NCBI RefSeq assembly: GCF_009914755.1
Contig: NC_060941.1
Reading direction: 5' to 3' (one strand)
Source of the DNA: the human T2T-CHM13v2.0 reference genome, Homo sapiens
Length of the DNA: 64,000 nucleotides
Shown here: positions 16,736 through 32,609 of the stretch, one piece after another
How positions within the stretch are numbered: position 1 is the stretch's first letter
Layout of the letters: each line of letters begins with the position of its first letter
Translations under genes and position numbers: made by a program
The notes under the pieces: generated by a model
Told to the model about the DNA's origin: nothing
Databases searched by the model: none
What the model saw: the letters and a program-made list of their open reading frames with translations, nothing else

Positions 16736-17429
16736 ATGGTATTTTATACAAGGCTTTGCACGCAAATCTCTTTAAGTAGCACCTTTTACTATCATTCCAC
16801 TTCCCTGGATCCAACAGATTCGACAGCTTGGAATCATTAGAAAAATAAAAGCACACAGAAAAGCAAATCAAATAGATCTGAAATAAAAACATTGCTTTAA
16901 AATACCTGTTTTCAATCTCATAACGAATAAGCACGAGAGGGAAATCAACCCTTCGGTTAAATTTTTTGTTTGTCTTAAAAACTACTGGACATCAAACTGC
17001 CTTACTAATTCTGATCTAATCATCGTTCTGTAACTTTGAGTCACAGTTAGAGCAGAGCAGCTCTTAGAAAAAGAGCAAGTGAGAATGAGACTAGCCTCCT
17101 ACCTTTCTACTAGAAATAGTAACAGTAGCAGCAAGCACTTAAATCTGCCAAGGGCACTTCTAGGAAAATTTCTAAACCATCTGTCCCCTGAAAAGAACAG
17201 AATTTAACTACAGACAAAAAAGAAAAAAAAATTAGAAAATAATTGCACACATGCCATTTTCAATAAAAAGCAATTTCTTATTTTAATTAAAGATTTTGTC
17301 TATTTTATTCCATCATCTCTCATTTAACATAAAATATAAATAGGAACAATTCCATAATAATGAATTACTCCTTTTTAGGGTTCAGCTGAATACTCACAAG
17401 TAGAGCTTCTGCATTTATTTTAGATTTAA

Positions 17430-17830
17430 AAAACAATGAAATGCATTACTGTTATTAAATATGATTAGGTATTTTGCGACACAGGAAGTAATTATTTGAC
17501 ACAACTGGCAGTTTCAGTTGACCTTAGAAAGTTTGTCTCTCTCTCTGGTCAAGCACTCATTGCTAAGAGCAAACGGATGAGTTTCAAAGCACTGGTTTGG
17601 ACCGCTGGAAACAGATAATCAACAGATGATAGAAACATACCCTTTTTGGGGGGTGGTTTTTGTTGTTTTTTTTTTTCTTCCAGATCTTGTCAAAGGATGA
17701 TTGATATGTGTGGAGCAGCCCTTCAAACACCAGCCACAGCCTGAGGCACTTCCTATAATCAAAGCACACGCCCACCCAGAACTAATTAGACATTAGATTA
17801 GTGTCAACTGATTGATTTAAAGCAGCTCTC
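17430..17830. promoter_or_regulatory. Candidate developmental enhancer (motif-dense, TE-free)
   Basis: Two TGTCA(A)+TGATTGAT MEIS/PBX pairs, TFAP2, ETS, TCF/LEF and TAATTA motifs within ~135 bp; motif evidence only. Confidence 0.4.
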
Positions 17831-19231
17831 TCTCCTTTCCCTCTCCTCCACCCCCCAGCAATGCAAGGATAGGGTTGGTCTACAAAATGACTCTCTCTCA
17901 ACAGACAGACAAATTATTCATGGAAGCTTCAGGAAGGAAACCTAGAGACAATGCAGTGTGGCTAAAAAGCAACCAGAAGAAAATTTCTGGAAGGAAAGGG
18001 TGGGGGGTGGGGGTAGAACAGAACAGAGAGAGAGAGGGAAAAAAAAAGAGAGAATGAATCATGTTTCTGAAAGCAATGAAACCCCTCGGTCCAATTTGTT
18101 GAATTAAGTTAGAGAGAGTGTTTGTGATGTTTGAAAGAAAATTATTTGCAATTTAACCTAGGAGAGTTCTGAGTACATTTGGCTACAATTTAGATACCAT
18201 TTTTCAAAGTCTTTTTCCTTCTTCTTTTTTTTCCTTTATAAATATATGAGCCGGGAACATTCAACGTTGTCTTAATGGATTAAGCAGAGACAAGGCTGCA
18301 AGGAGCAAATTAAAAATGAAATAGTTACAGCTGTTGGAACTGGCATTGGGCAGAGAGAGGTAAAAAGGATTTCTCTTCTTACAGGATAAGGGAGATTTCA
18401 CCAAGCCTTTGCAGAGTTCAGACATGCGTGCCTACAAAACGGTAAGAGTGAGCCCTCGCCTCCTTAGCCACTGCACACTTCAGTTGCTGCTTAAGCCTGT
18501 AGAGGGGCCCAAATAGTTGTATTTCAACTAAAAAGTGAACATATTCCCAGAAGAGACCACTGGAGTAGGAGGGCAGCCAGGGGCCAGTTTTAGACTTTTC
18601 ATTTGCAGATTAAAAGCCTTTTCCATTTGTCAGGGTCTGCTGCTACTGCACTCTGGAGTCAGGGCTGATCCAACAAAAACACACCTCTGGAATTATTTCT
18701 GTAAATATGCCCCCCAACAGTCCCGCCCCAAGAAGTGCTATAAGAGCAGCAGAAATGTATAAGAAAGATACTACCAGCCAATGGAACTCCAGCAGTCTTC
18801 ATATAAGGACACTCTTCCATCTCATGGCTTGGAGAGGGCTAGAGAAAAGGAAGAGGTGTTAGTGAATGATTTGGGAAGAAGGAGCAGAGGGTGAGAAGAG
18901 CAGCAACGGCCAAACAGTAGAATTGGCATTCCTGTGAGTCATTGTGCATATTTTTAGAGCTCTTTACAGCTTTCAAGGCTATATGTATTATCTCTTTGAT
19001 TTCCCACAACATCCCTAGAAGACAAAGTATATGCCATTATTAACTTACAGATTTGATATTTCATGCATTACAAATAAAATGATGGAGGCCAATATTTCTC
19101 CTTCTCCCTACCTAGGTCATGGAACAAGTCAATGATATGAAGACTCAGTCTCAGATATAAAGACTTCCAGTTTCTACTTACTGGTCTTCCAAAATGTTGC
19201 ATTGTCTCCCAACCCTCTGCCACAGTAGTAT

Positions 19232-19521
<290 letters not shown>

Positions 19522-20884
19522 CTCAATGGTATTTCATATGTATATTTACTTTCTGAGTTTTAAACTTTGATACCCCATCCATATGAAAGCATTCTATTAT
19601 CTGAAGAGCTATCCCTCTTAGCTCAATAAATGAGCCAGACCTCAAGCTGGAAATGTAGGTTACTAGAGACGATCTGCAGGTTCCAGAGGAGGAATTAATA
19701 AACTCTGCATTCAATACAGGAGAGATAACTCAGTTTTTATTTTATGCAGGAAGTAAAGACTTAAGCTGATTCCCACGAAAGCAGTCAAGATGCAGGGAAG
19801 AAGGTATTGAGAACTTACGACTGCCCTGCAAAATATGTCCTGAAAAAGGACTGATGTTCCTGGAGTCCAGAATGCAACTGGCACCAGAGCAGAGTTGAAT
19901 GATTGTTATAGTTTTCTTGTATCGGGATCTTAGCTCCTAATGACAGCTTCTGAGAACTACTCTGGTTGAAATATGAAGCCACAAAAGGGCATTAGTAGGT
20001 GAAGTCTGGACAATTCCTTCCATGTCACTGTTTCTCCCTGGCTACCTGGTCTCCCTGTGGAGACAGAAATTTAGAGAACAGAATTAGAAAGCCAAGAGGG
20101 GTGAGGCATAAGGGAGAGTCCTCCAAATGCCGATTCGGCAAATTTTAACTTTTTCAGCTATAAACCTTTCAATACCTCAAAATAAATCCTTCAATTTTAT
20201 ATGAGAGTTTGGTTTCTGCAGCTGTAGATTTATGCAGTGTGCTGAGGCCAGGCCAAAAGAAGTGAACATAAACGATGTGACAGATAGCGTAAGGATGTTA
20301 TTCAGCTTCTCACTCCGGCATGGCTCACTTAAGAACTTTCCAAATGTCAAGCATAACCCCTCTCACTAATTAGCTGCTAAAGCAGCTGATCTTCTGCCAT
20401 GGACATGTGTTCCAACTGCACAACTGCAGGCCCTCAGCTTGAGAGGTGCTGCAGAAAGCAGTACACTTCCTCAACCCTGGCCTGGGTCTGAGACACATAG
20501 CCCAACACATCACCCCAAGCATCACTGGTGCAGACGCATCTGTTGACCACAGGCCTGCCCTCTCTGTGTGCCAAGTCCTGCTTCTTGGTTGCTCATGGGA
20601 AATGGAGTACTGAAATATAATGTGCTTCAGGAGCCAGCTATATTTACTAGGAAATTATTTAAGACAACAAGACAGTGTAGAACAAAATAAACCTATCACC
20701 ATATTGCCTTGATTGAATTGCTTAAGAATAAATTAACTAATAGTTTTTGGAAATTATTATGAATCAGGCTCTGTGCTAGTTTTCTCCTAAGTATCTTAGT
20801 TAAACTTTTTAATAACAGAGCAAAGTAGACAGTGTCAACTTCATTCTGCAGAGGAAGAAACTAAAGATCAAAGAGGTTGAATGC

Positions 20885-21205
20885 TGTCTTAGTCCATCGT
20901 ATGCTGCCGTAACAGAATGCTTGAGACAGAGTGATTTATTAGGAACAGAAATTTATTTTCTTGAGGTTCTGGAGGCTGGCAAGTCCTAGATCACGGCAAG
21001 ATTTACCTGGTGGGAGCTACATCCTCACATTGTGGAAGGAAGGGCAGGAGGCCCAAATGCTTTGTGAAGCCTCTTTTGTAAGGGCGTTAATCCCATTCGC
21101 AAAGGAGAAGCCCTCACGGCCTGATCACCTCTTAAATGCCTACCACTTAATACTATCACATTGACAACAACTGAATTTTAGAGGGTGCACATTCAAACAA
21201 TAGTA
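20885..21205 (-). mobile_element. MST/MLT1A-type solo LTR inserted in a MIR
   Basis: tgtcttagtcc...cacattcaaacaatagta termini; 5-bp TSD aatgc 20880-20884 / 21206-21210. Confidence 0.85.
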
Positions 21206-21539
21206 AATGCCTCACCTGAAAAGCATCCAGGTAGACATTTGACAAATGACCCTGTCTCCTTTATCTTCAACATCATGTGATTAACTTGATAATTATTTCA
21301 AAAATAGCAACCTATAAATAGGAAACTGAAAATTTTTATCTAGGTAAAATTTTTAGAAGAGACCTAAGTTGTTTCTCATCCATGAAAACCATGAAGGCTT
21401 TATCATCAGAGCTTCAACAAGAGAGTGGAATTTATTAACAATGACTTGGACCACTTTTTATGCAATTTTAATTTTTTCATAGTTTCATGTGTGTGAGTTC
21501 CACTTCTAGCCAAAATGAAATAAAAAGAACCATATTTTT

Positions 21540-23245
<1,706 letters not shown>

Positions 23246-24114
23246 CTCACGTATACAAAATATCACATATATGTATATATAATCATGTAGGGTGTGTGTG
23301 TATCCAAGAGCCCCTTATGACTCTCTATTATTTATGTAGTCCTTTTGTGCATATAAATTTTTTCCTATTTTCTTAGGGATATTATTTATATTTTTGAAAT
23401 TTTCTTCTGCTCTTTGCATTGTTTCTATGCCTCTACTTTACTTTCTCTCTCTCTCACTCTCTCCCTTTCTCCATTCCGCACCCTCTTCCCCGTCTTTCAT
23501 GTCCAAGTGGAGGCTTCTGTCCATGCCTGGAGATCCTTGCCTATCAATTCCTGTATCTGCAAGAAAGGCTTTTGAGATGATGGGCTTCATTGTAGAATCA
23601 ATGGGAAGGAACCTAACCATTTTGTTTAGGGAAACCCCCAAATATCACCATATCCAGCTTTCTCAGGGGCTTTTTATTTTTCCAGGGAATCATTGACTGT
23701 CTCTCCTGAGGGTACTAGAGGAACTTGGCGTGTGGATAATGTACTTAGCATCCAGTATTCTATTGACATGTCAATATGTAAGCCTTGCCCTAGTCCTGTG
23801 TTTTCCACATAGGGCAATACCATCACTCCTGGCTTTCAGTTTTGTTTGGTGTTCTCCAGAAAGTAAATCCTGCCTCCTGTTAGGGTAAGGCTTGGGATGT
23901 GATGAAAAATGTTGAATGCTATCTTTTAGTATTTTCATGTCCTTTACTCTTGCCTTCCTTCATTCTGTCCTTCGAAACAACTGCTTGAAATTCACTGTTT
24001 CATTAACATAAACAAGCTTATTTTTAATTCACATATTTATCTGCAGGTGCATGGGTTTCAGCTCCCTCCAGTCTGTTGAGTCATTTAGCAAACTAGTTGC
24101 CCTGTTCCCATTAG

Positions 24115-24468
<354 letters not shown>

Positions 24469-25344
24469 TCACCCTTCCTGATCTTTTAACCTCATGGATT
24501 TAAACTTTCTTTGAAATTGTTTTATGCTATGTTAGTACAGTTTTGATGGAAAAAAGAAATGTACATACTATATGTTGTATTATATGTATTCAAACGTGTG
24601 CTCAAACAAGGAGGAGTCAGGGTGCAGAGGAATTGTTTCCTAAATTATTATTAGCAAGCAATCCACCTTCTGAAGTGTGATGGCCTGGACTCACACCCTT
24701 GCTTATCTGTTTATTTTCCCATTGTGCAGATGAGCAGGCTGAGACTTACAATTATTAAATCAGTTGTTCAAGGTCACAAAGTTATACTTCTATCTCAGGG
24801 TTGTTATGAGTATCAAATAAGATAGATCACTTAGCATAGTTACTATCTCCTCATAACAGTTTAAAAATGTTATCTTTCACGATTAAACACCTGGTCCTTA
24901 TTGATTCTCCAACTTCTGAATATGGTGCAGGTAGGCCTGCAGAAAAGTGGAAAGTAAAAAATTGGAAAGATACATGAAGGAATAGGACACATTATGCTCA
25001 GCTGGGGAATAATGGCATTTCAGTGAAAGTAATAGTAGGTATGTCAACTCAATTGTAGTACTTAAATTTAGTTTTTTGGGTTTTTTTGTTTGTTGGTTTT
25101 TATATAATCAGCTTTGGAAACAAAATGTGTTGGGAAAATAATAGAAAACTAATAATTCTTTCAATAGCATAGGCTGAATATTTCCTTAAATTGTAAGAAA
25201 AATAAAGCATAAACCTTTAAGTCGTTCCTTGAGCAGATATCTTTAGAGTGTACTAATGCTGCATTTAATTATATTTTCTAAAATCTCTTAATCTGCTACT
25301 TTTCTATTTGATTTTATTTTGTTTCCAAGTAATATCTGAAAGTT

Positions 25345-25760
25345 TTAGCCTCCAGCCTAAAAGGCAGGAATAACTGGTATCAGACTAGCTCTCCTACAAT
25401 AAACAACTAGCAAACTGGAGAAAATATATGAAACAGTTTTTGGACACTGAACAAAGAGATGATACATGGCTGTGATCCCTGAGAAAAGAGTAAAAATAAA
25501 ACGAGACTTGTGATCACAGTGGCCTTCTGCCTGGAAGCAGTTTCTGAATCAGGTGCTGAAAACAAGCAAAATACAATGGTTTCCTTGAGCTTAAAAGACA
25601 AAAATCAGAGTTTAGAGGTGGCTGGAATTTGTGTGGCTGAGTATCAGAAAGGATGGAATCTATACAGCAGAGACCCAGAATCTGCATAGAGGTTTGTTTG
25701 AGTCTCTGGTCATATGCTTAGAGTAAAATTCCACAAATCTGAAAAAGGAACAAAGAACAG
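25345..25760 (+). mobile_element. Old L1M 5'-region fragment
   Basis: actggagaaaatatatgaaacagtttttggacactg..gtgatccctgagaaaag..ttctgcctggaagcag. Confidence 0.5.
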
Positions 25761-25905
25761 AGATAGAACAACTTATTGACAAGCTATCTGGAAGAAAATA
25801 TTTGCATTTCATATATCTGAAAGAAGACTTCAATCCAAAATATGTAAAGAATACTTACAACTCAATAATAAGGAGCTAAACACACCAATTGAAAATGGAA
25901 AATTT

Positions 25906-26209
<304 letters not shown>

Positions 26210-26457
26210 GGAGAATTTATTTGATCAGCCACTTCACAAAAAATGTATAAATGACCAGTGAGCACATACAAAAGTGCTTATTAGACAAAATGGAAATGCA
26301 AATGAAAACAAAGAAGGAGTACTTTACAGTTACTACCACATACTAGAATGGCTAAAATGTAAAAGACTGACAATACCAAATGTTGTAAATGTTGCAAAGA
26401 TTTGGAGCAACTAGAACTCTCCTACATTGCTGGTGGCAACGTACAACAATGTAGGAG

Positions 26458-26583
26458 AGGCCCGGGAATGACTCTTGCTGTCCCAATCCAGCCAGAGGAT
26501 TCTATGAAGCCTCTCCCTCAATCATTCTAGGGAAGGGAGACAGTAACAATAGGATGTAATTGAACCTTCAGGGTCTTGGCAAC
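26458..26583 (+). repeat. Direct copy of 28618-28737
   Basis: Aligns with ~8 substitutions and one 6-bp indel over ~120 bp. Confidence 0.95.
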
Positions 26584-27502
26584 TGGGAGGAGAAAAAAAA
26601 ATTACAAGAAACTGTCAGTCTCTTTGCAAAATAGACTGGCAGTTTCTTACAAAATTTAAAAATGTACCCACTCTGTGATCTAAGAATTCTACTCCTGGCT
26701 GTGTATCCAAGAGAACTGGAAACATAAATCTCCAAAAAGATTCCTACATAAATGAATGTTCATAGCAGCTTTCTTTATAATAACCCTAACTTGGAAACAA
26801 CAGAAATGTTCCTCAGTGGGTAAATGGGTAAACAAATTGTTTATATTCATACAATGAAATATACTTAGCAATTTAAATAAGCTGCTTTCAAATACAGTGA
26901 CAAAAAGGGATCTCAAAATCTTCATGCTAAAATAAGATGTAAAGAATTCATGGTATGAAATTTTAGAACAAGCAAAACTAATCCATTATATAGAAATCAG
27001 ATCAATAATTGCTTGGAGCAGGATTGGCTGGTAAGGGACATAGACATTTTCTTAGATGAAAATGCTCTGTATATTGACTTGCGTAATGTTTACATGAATA
27101 TATAAATTTGTTAAAAATCCCCAAACTGTATATCAAATATCAGTGCTGTCTTAAGGTAACAGTAGGCTGCTCTGCTGAGCTCAAATTATTATTAAATGTT
27201 TCACCACAACACATTTCCATCTACTGAACCATTTAGAAGATTTTTTTAAAAAGTGGAAAAATAAGTGTGATTTATTGTAATTAAATATAATTCAACAATG
27301 TTTATTTTTAAATGTTTATGCTAATACTCTTCTCCAACCAAGAGTGATCTGAATTCTAAGGGAGGACCGAAGAGCTTTGGTGCACAATTAAAGAACACTT
27401 AGCTGCCAGAAGAAGATGAGGGGTCTCTGCCGTGCTACTATGGTGGGAATCTGCAAAGTCAGGTAGGGTGCATTCCCAAGTTAACTTCTAAATCTAAGGG
27501 AC

Positions 27503-27857
27503 TGTATTAGTCTGTTCTCACACTGCTAATAAAGACATACCCAAGACTAGGTAATTTATAAAGGAAAGAGGTTTAATGGACTCACAGTTCCACATGGCTG
27601 GGGAAGCCTCACAATCATGGCAGAAGGCAAAGGAGAAGCAAAGTCACATCTTACATGGCAGCAGGTAAGAGAGCTTGTGCAGGGGAACTCCCATTTATAA
27701 AACCATCAAATCTCATGAGACTTATTCACTACCATGAAAACAGTATGATGGAAACTGCCCCATGATTCAATTATCTCCACCTGGTTCCGCCCTTGACACA
27801 TGGGGATTATTACAATTCAAGGTGAGATCTGGGTGGGGACACAGCCAAACCATATCA
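27503..27857 (-). mobile_element. THE1 solo LTR
   Basis: tgtattagtc...acagccaaaccatatca; TSD gggac 27498-27502 / 27858-27862. Confidence 0.95.
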
Positions 27858-30529
27858 GGGACCTATGAGGAGTAAGGATCAGGCAACTAGCTCATGATCA
27901 GAAGCATCAAAATTAGAATGAGATATGAAGCATTCATATCAAAAAGGAGTTAAAATGAAAAACACAGAAGATCTGTGACCAATGAAGACCAGAAATACCA
28001 TTTGTCCTTCCTAGTAGAAGAAGGGACAATATCATAAGTTATTAGACCTATAAGCACAAACATGGTCAGGCTAAAGAATGTTAACTGCCAGCAGAGAATG
28101 CTAAAGGACTTGGATTATCCTGCCCTCTTTACTGGTGACTCCTTTTCCAACTGACTGACTGTTAGTTGCCCGTGTTTACTCAAACTATGTTGGTATTCAA
28201 AGTTGAGTCTTCTCTGACTGCAGATCGAGAACATATCCCAGAATATTTCTCTCTCTGCTACAAAACCATTTGAGAATAGAGACCAGAAATCTTGTCATTA
28301 TAACAGCAGGAATCTACAGAAAGTTTGGCATTGAATTCCTTCAGACATATGTTATGGCAAATGACGTACAATTATAGGGAGAAGTATGTAAGTCTACAGC
28401 ATAGGTGCTAATCAGTCTGAACATTTTCTTAGCCCTGAATCCCATTCAAAGGAAAAATTTTTCTTTTAAAAGCCATGAATCATTAACATTTCAATACACT
28501 AAGCTTAGATCTGGCAACTTAAGGAAATTTTTCAGAGGAAAGGCACACAATCTAAGTGACTGTCTTAATTACCTGCATCAACCCAATTAATTTGTGGTGT
28601 ATTTCAAGCTGAAACAAAGGCCCAGGAATGAGTCTTGCTGTCCCAACCCAGCCAGAGGATTCTATGAAGCCTCTCCCTCAACCATTCTAAGGAAGAGAGA
28701 CAATAGGATGTAGTTGAGCCTTCAGGGTCTTGGCAACCAGAAAGGGAAGCTCTGCCTGAGCTCCTATCAGTGTGGAAAATCACTTCATAAGTAGCTACAG
28801 TGAAGACACTGTACAGAGAATCCAAGGGGCAGACTGTAAAACATCTATAAAGGGAAAATGTTTAAATTCTTCTTAAAGATGAGTCTTGCCATCTGAATCA
28901 ACAGACGGCTAAAATGCAAAACCTCCTCTGAGATCTTTAACAGCCTCTTGGTTGTATATGGCTCCTTTTCCCACTATAAGTCATTATCACTGATGGATCC
29001 CAAACTGGATCCTGGGGGGATCCCGACAGCCAGGAGGTATCTACCTACTACCTGAGTGTCCCTACTCCTCAAATAGTTCTTTGCCATGCTTATTCCACCA
29101 GATTAGACCCTGGCATGTAGCCACCAGCTTACAGTAGGCTTGAACTTGCTCTATGAGATGCCCTACTTTGAACTGTTCTGTGTAACAAATCGATACTTAC
29201 ACAAAATAGATGAAAACCTAGGTGACGTGTTTAATAGGGAAGCTGAGAAGTATAACCTTTCTTGGTCTTATCACCTGTAAAATCCCCCTTAGTCCATTTT
29301 TGCTGTCTGAAAATCCATCATTGCAAGGTTTTCTTTTGGGGGGGGGGGGGCTACGGTTGAAAAAAATCGACTAACATGCAAAAAGCACACAGACAAATCA
29401 TTAAATCCTTATTAATCATCAACTACTTGCTATGAATTATCCTGTTCTAAATGTTTCCAAGGAAATAAAGGACAATTTTTACAGGAAGTGAAAATATAAA
29501 CCCCATGCAGTGACCAAGTGGTAAGAAGTTAAGTGAGAGTAAAGAAATTGGGGCAGCTCAGGGCACCGGAGATCTAGGGAGGAGAAAAAAAACACATCAA
29601 GAAAACTAAAAGAAGAACTAAACAATTGTCCAAGACCTATTTTAACCATTTCACAAGTTTGCAGACTACTCTGCCATAGGGAAAAGTCCATGGTCAACAC
29701 TTCTGGAAGAGCAAAAGCCCTAGATTACCCACATCCCAAGCTACTTTCAGCAAACAACTGAGTAGAGTCAATGAAAAGTCACCACAGTCCCTCTAGGAAT
29801 GGTAACATGTAGTAGCTTCAGGCCATGGCATCATCAAATGTGGGATGGCCACCAGCCCACAGATTAGAGGAAGTGTTCCTGGACTGGAAGGCTGGGCTGG
29901 GCTAGATGGGTCTACATGGTTTTATTCGGGAGTCTCTGAGAAGCAACGTCTGATTTATTGTAGATGAGCCACAGCCTGGAATAAATGATATGGCATTTTA
30001 TTTTTTTCATGATCTGAAACATTTGATACGGTATTTTAAAATAAATAAGACAATTGTCTATGTGATTGGGGTGCCTAACAAACACCAAATGCTCTGCTAG
30101 TTCTCATTTTCAATAAATGCACAATCTGGTAACTGACAAGCAAACGAACAAGAATAGGGTTAGTGCTTAATAGAGAAATGTGCAGAATGCTAGGTGAGTC
30201 TAGAAGAGGGTTTCAAACACACTCTCAGGGACGGCTCCGCAGTGCAGGCTATATCCTGCTAAGGATAAGCTAAGGCTTGAAAGATGGAGGAGGGTGAATT
30301 CCACACAGAGGGAGCAGCAGCGTAATCTATCCACAGGAAGGCAGGCAGACCAGGGTGCCTGGAGTGTGTGAGGGTGAGAGGTGAAACGGCAAAGGATAAA
30401 GCCAAAGAGGAAGAGGCCAGCATCCAAAGGGTCTTCCTTATATGTCCCGCTAAGCAGCTCAGGGAAGCATGTGTCCATGTTTGTATATACATCCCACCTT
30501 ATTCCAGAAAGGATTGAAAGTGGCTGTTG

Positions 30530-30810
30530 CTAAAGAACTTGGATTGCATTATGAAGGCAATTGAGAGTAATTGAAGGATTTCAAGCAGGGAATGACATGC
30601 TCAGGCATGCATTTAAGAAAGATTATTCAAGCAATGTAGAAAATAAATTGAAAGGGGTTCAGGGAAAGGAATGAGACTTTAGGCAGTTAAGGCAGAATAG
30701 AGGCAATTACAATAATCCAAGGGAAAAATGATGCTGGCCTGGACTAATGCAGTGGCACTGGGAAGGGAGAGGACTGGAGAGATTTAGGCATATTTAAGAT
30801 TGAGCAGAAT
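30530..30810 (-). mobile_element. L2 fragment
   Basis: gaaggatttcaagcagggaatgacatg..tttaagaaagat..aataatccaaggg..atgatgctggcctggacta. Confidence 0.75.
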
Positions 30811-31784
30811 AACTTATAAGCTAGTGGACCTAACGATACTTAATACTACGGGGGTAAACTGAGTAGAAAGCAATTACTCAGGAAATGTGTCTTGATCGGG
30901 AATCTGAATGAGGGAGACAAATGATCTAGATGATTTGTGTGATATTAGACAGCATGTATAGCATGAAACTAATACAGTTTCAGGTATCATGAGTTTACTT
31001 TGAATTTCGATTCAAATCAGCAGCCTCGTTTCTTTTAAGCAAAGCCTTATTTCTCTCAAGGTACAAACTTCTGAGATTGTCCACTTGTCATAGGTACTCT
31101 AGAAACTACTTAGCTCATTCTTCAAAAGAGTATCGTTGGTAGCAACACCACAGAACAGAAAAACACATCATACCATCAGGTAGAGTTCCCAGCATGCAGA
31201 AACTAGGGGAGGTGATTTTCTATGCAAAGGGAAACCTCTTCCCAGATGAAGTGAACAACTCACACAGACCTCAAATCAGGTATTATGAGTCTCACCTGAA
31301 ACCTAGAAGGTAATTAGTTCTCAATGAGTTAGACCTGAAACCACTTTTTAAAAACAGTTTTTAAAAAACATTTTCATTGAAATAATTCATTTTAATATGA
31401 ATACAAAATTTGAGAAATCTCTTCAAGCCTATATGTAAATAAATTAGAGTGAAGGAAGAAGGGTTGAGAATGTGCTTTTGCCAACAGGGAGTTATTATAA
31501 AAGTCAATAGTAAAGATTTCCCTTTATGGAAAGTCAATACTTTTCTTCCAATATTTTCAATCAAGACATCGAATCAGTCCCTGAAAGGAAATTTAAGCTA
31601 CAGTCAAACGTGACTCTGTTTTAAAATATTTATGTAGCAGTAAGGGGTTATTCAAAAAACAGAAAGATGATTTAAGGTTAGGTTGTTTGTTATAGTGTTC
31701 ATCAAGTCCATAAATTTAAAAAACAAGCTAAAAAAGTAATCTTCAAATATTTCTTAAAGATATTTGATAAATGTCAGTATTACA

Positions 31785-32130
31785 TGGTATAGTTTGGCTG
31801 TGTCCCCACCCAGAACTCACCTTGAATTGTAATAATCCCCGATGGGGCCAGGTGGAGATAACTGAATCATGGGGGCAGTTTCCCCCATACTGTTCTCATG
31901 GAGGTGAACAAGTCTCAGGAGATCTGATGGTTTTATAAATGGGTGTTCCCTTGCACAAGTTCTCTTCCCTGCCACCATGTAAGAAGTCCCTTTGCTCTTT
32001 CTTCGTCTTCTGCCATGATTGTGAGGCTTCCCCAGCCATGTGAAACTGTGAGTCCATTGAACCTCTTTCCTTTATAAATTACCCAGTCTTGGGTATGTCT
32101 TTATTAGCAGCATGAGAATGAACTAATACA
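31785..32130 (+). mobile_element. THE1 solo LTR inserted in an old L1
   Basis: tggtatagtttggctgtgtcccca...gaactaataca; TSD ttaca 31780-31784 / 32131-32135. Confidence 0.95.
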
Positions 32131-32135
32131 TTACA

Positions 32136-32530
32136 TCTTGATTTTTTTAAAGTAATTTAGAAATAGGTGGACATTTACTCAGCTTGAAGAATGATGTCCC
32201 CAAATCAATACCTAACATCATCCAGATTGGCTAGAAAAACATTCATGAACGCTGGAAATAAGAAAAGGGTGTCACTATTATTTAATATCATACTGGAAGT
32301 TCTAGGTAAATAAAGTAAAAGGTACAAATGTGTAAAAGGAGAAAACAAAGGTATGATTATTTGTGGATGATGTGATTATTTATGTAAACATGATTCAATT
32401 AAAAATTGAAACAAAAATGTGGGGAGAATTCATTTTAAATAGACAGAATTAATCAACCTTCTGTCTGTAGTGCAATAATGTTTTTAGAAAACAATAATAA
32501 TTGAGGGAAAAAAGTGATCTCATTGGAAAT
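32136..32530 (+). mobile_element. Old L1M ORF2 (RT region) relic
   Basis: tatttaatatcatactggaagttctag and ttatttgtggatgatgtgattatttat (degenerate L1 RT FADD motif). Confidence 0.65.
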
Positions 32531-32609
32531 CTGTATTCACCTAGTTTTTTTCTCTTCAGAATCAATATACCTATACACCAAAGACACATCCTGTTGATTT
32601 TACAAGGCA

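Noticed and set aside
28995-29024. Three GGATCC sites within 30 bp
   Set aside because: No vector or polylinker context; probably chance or micro-duplication
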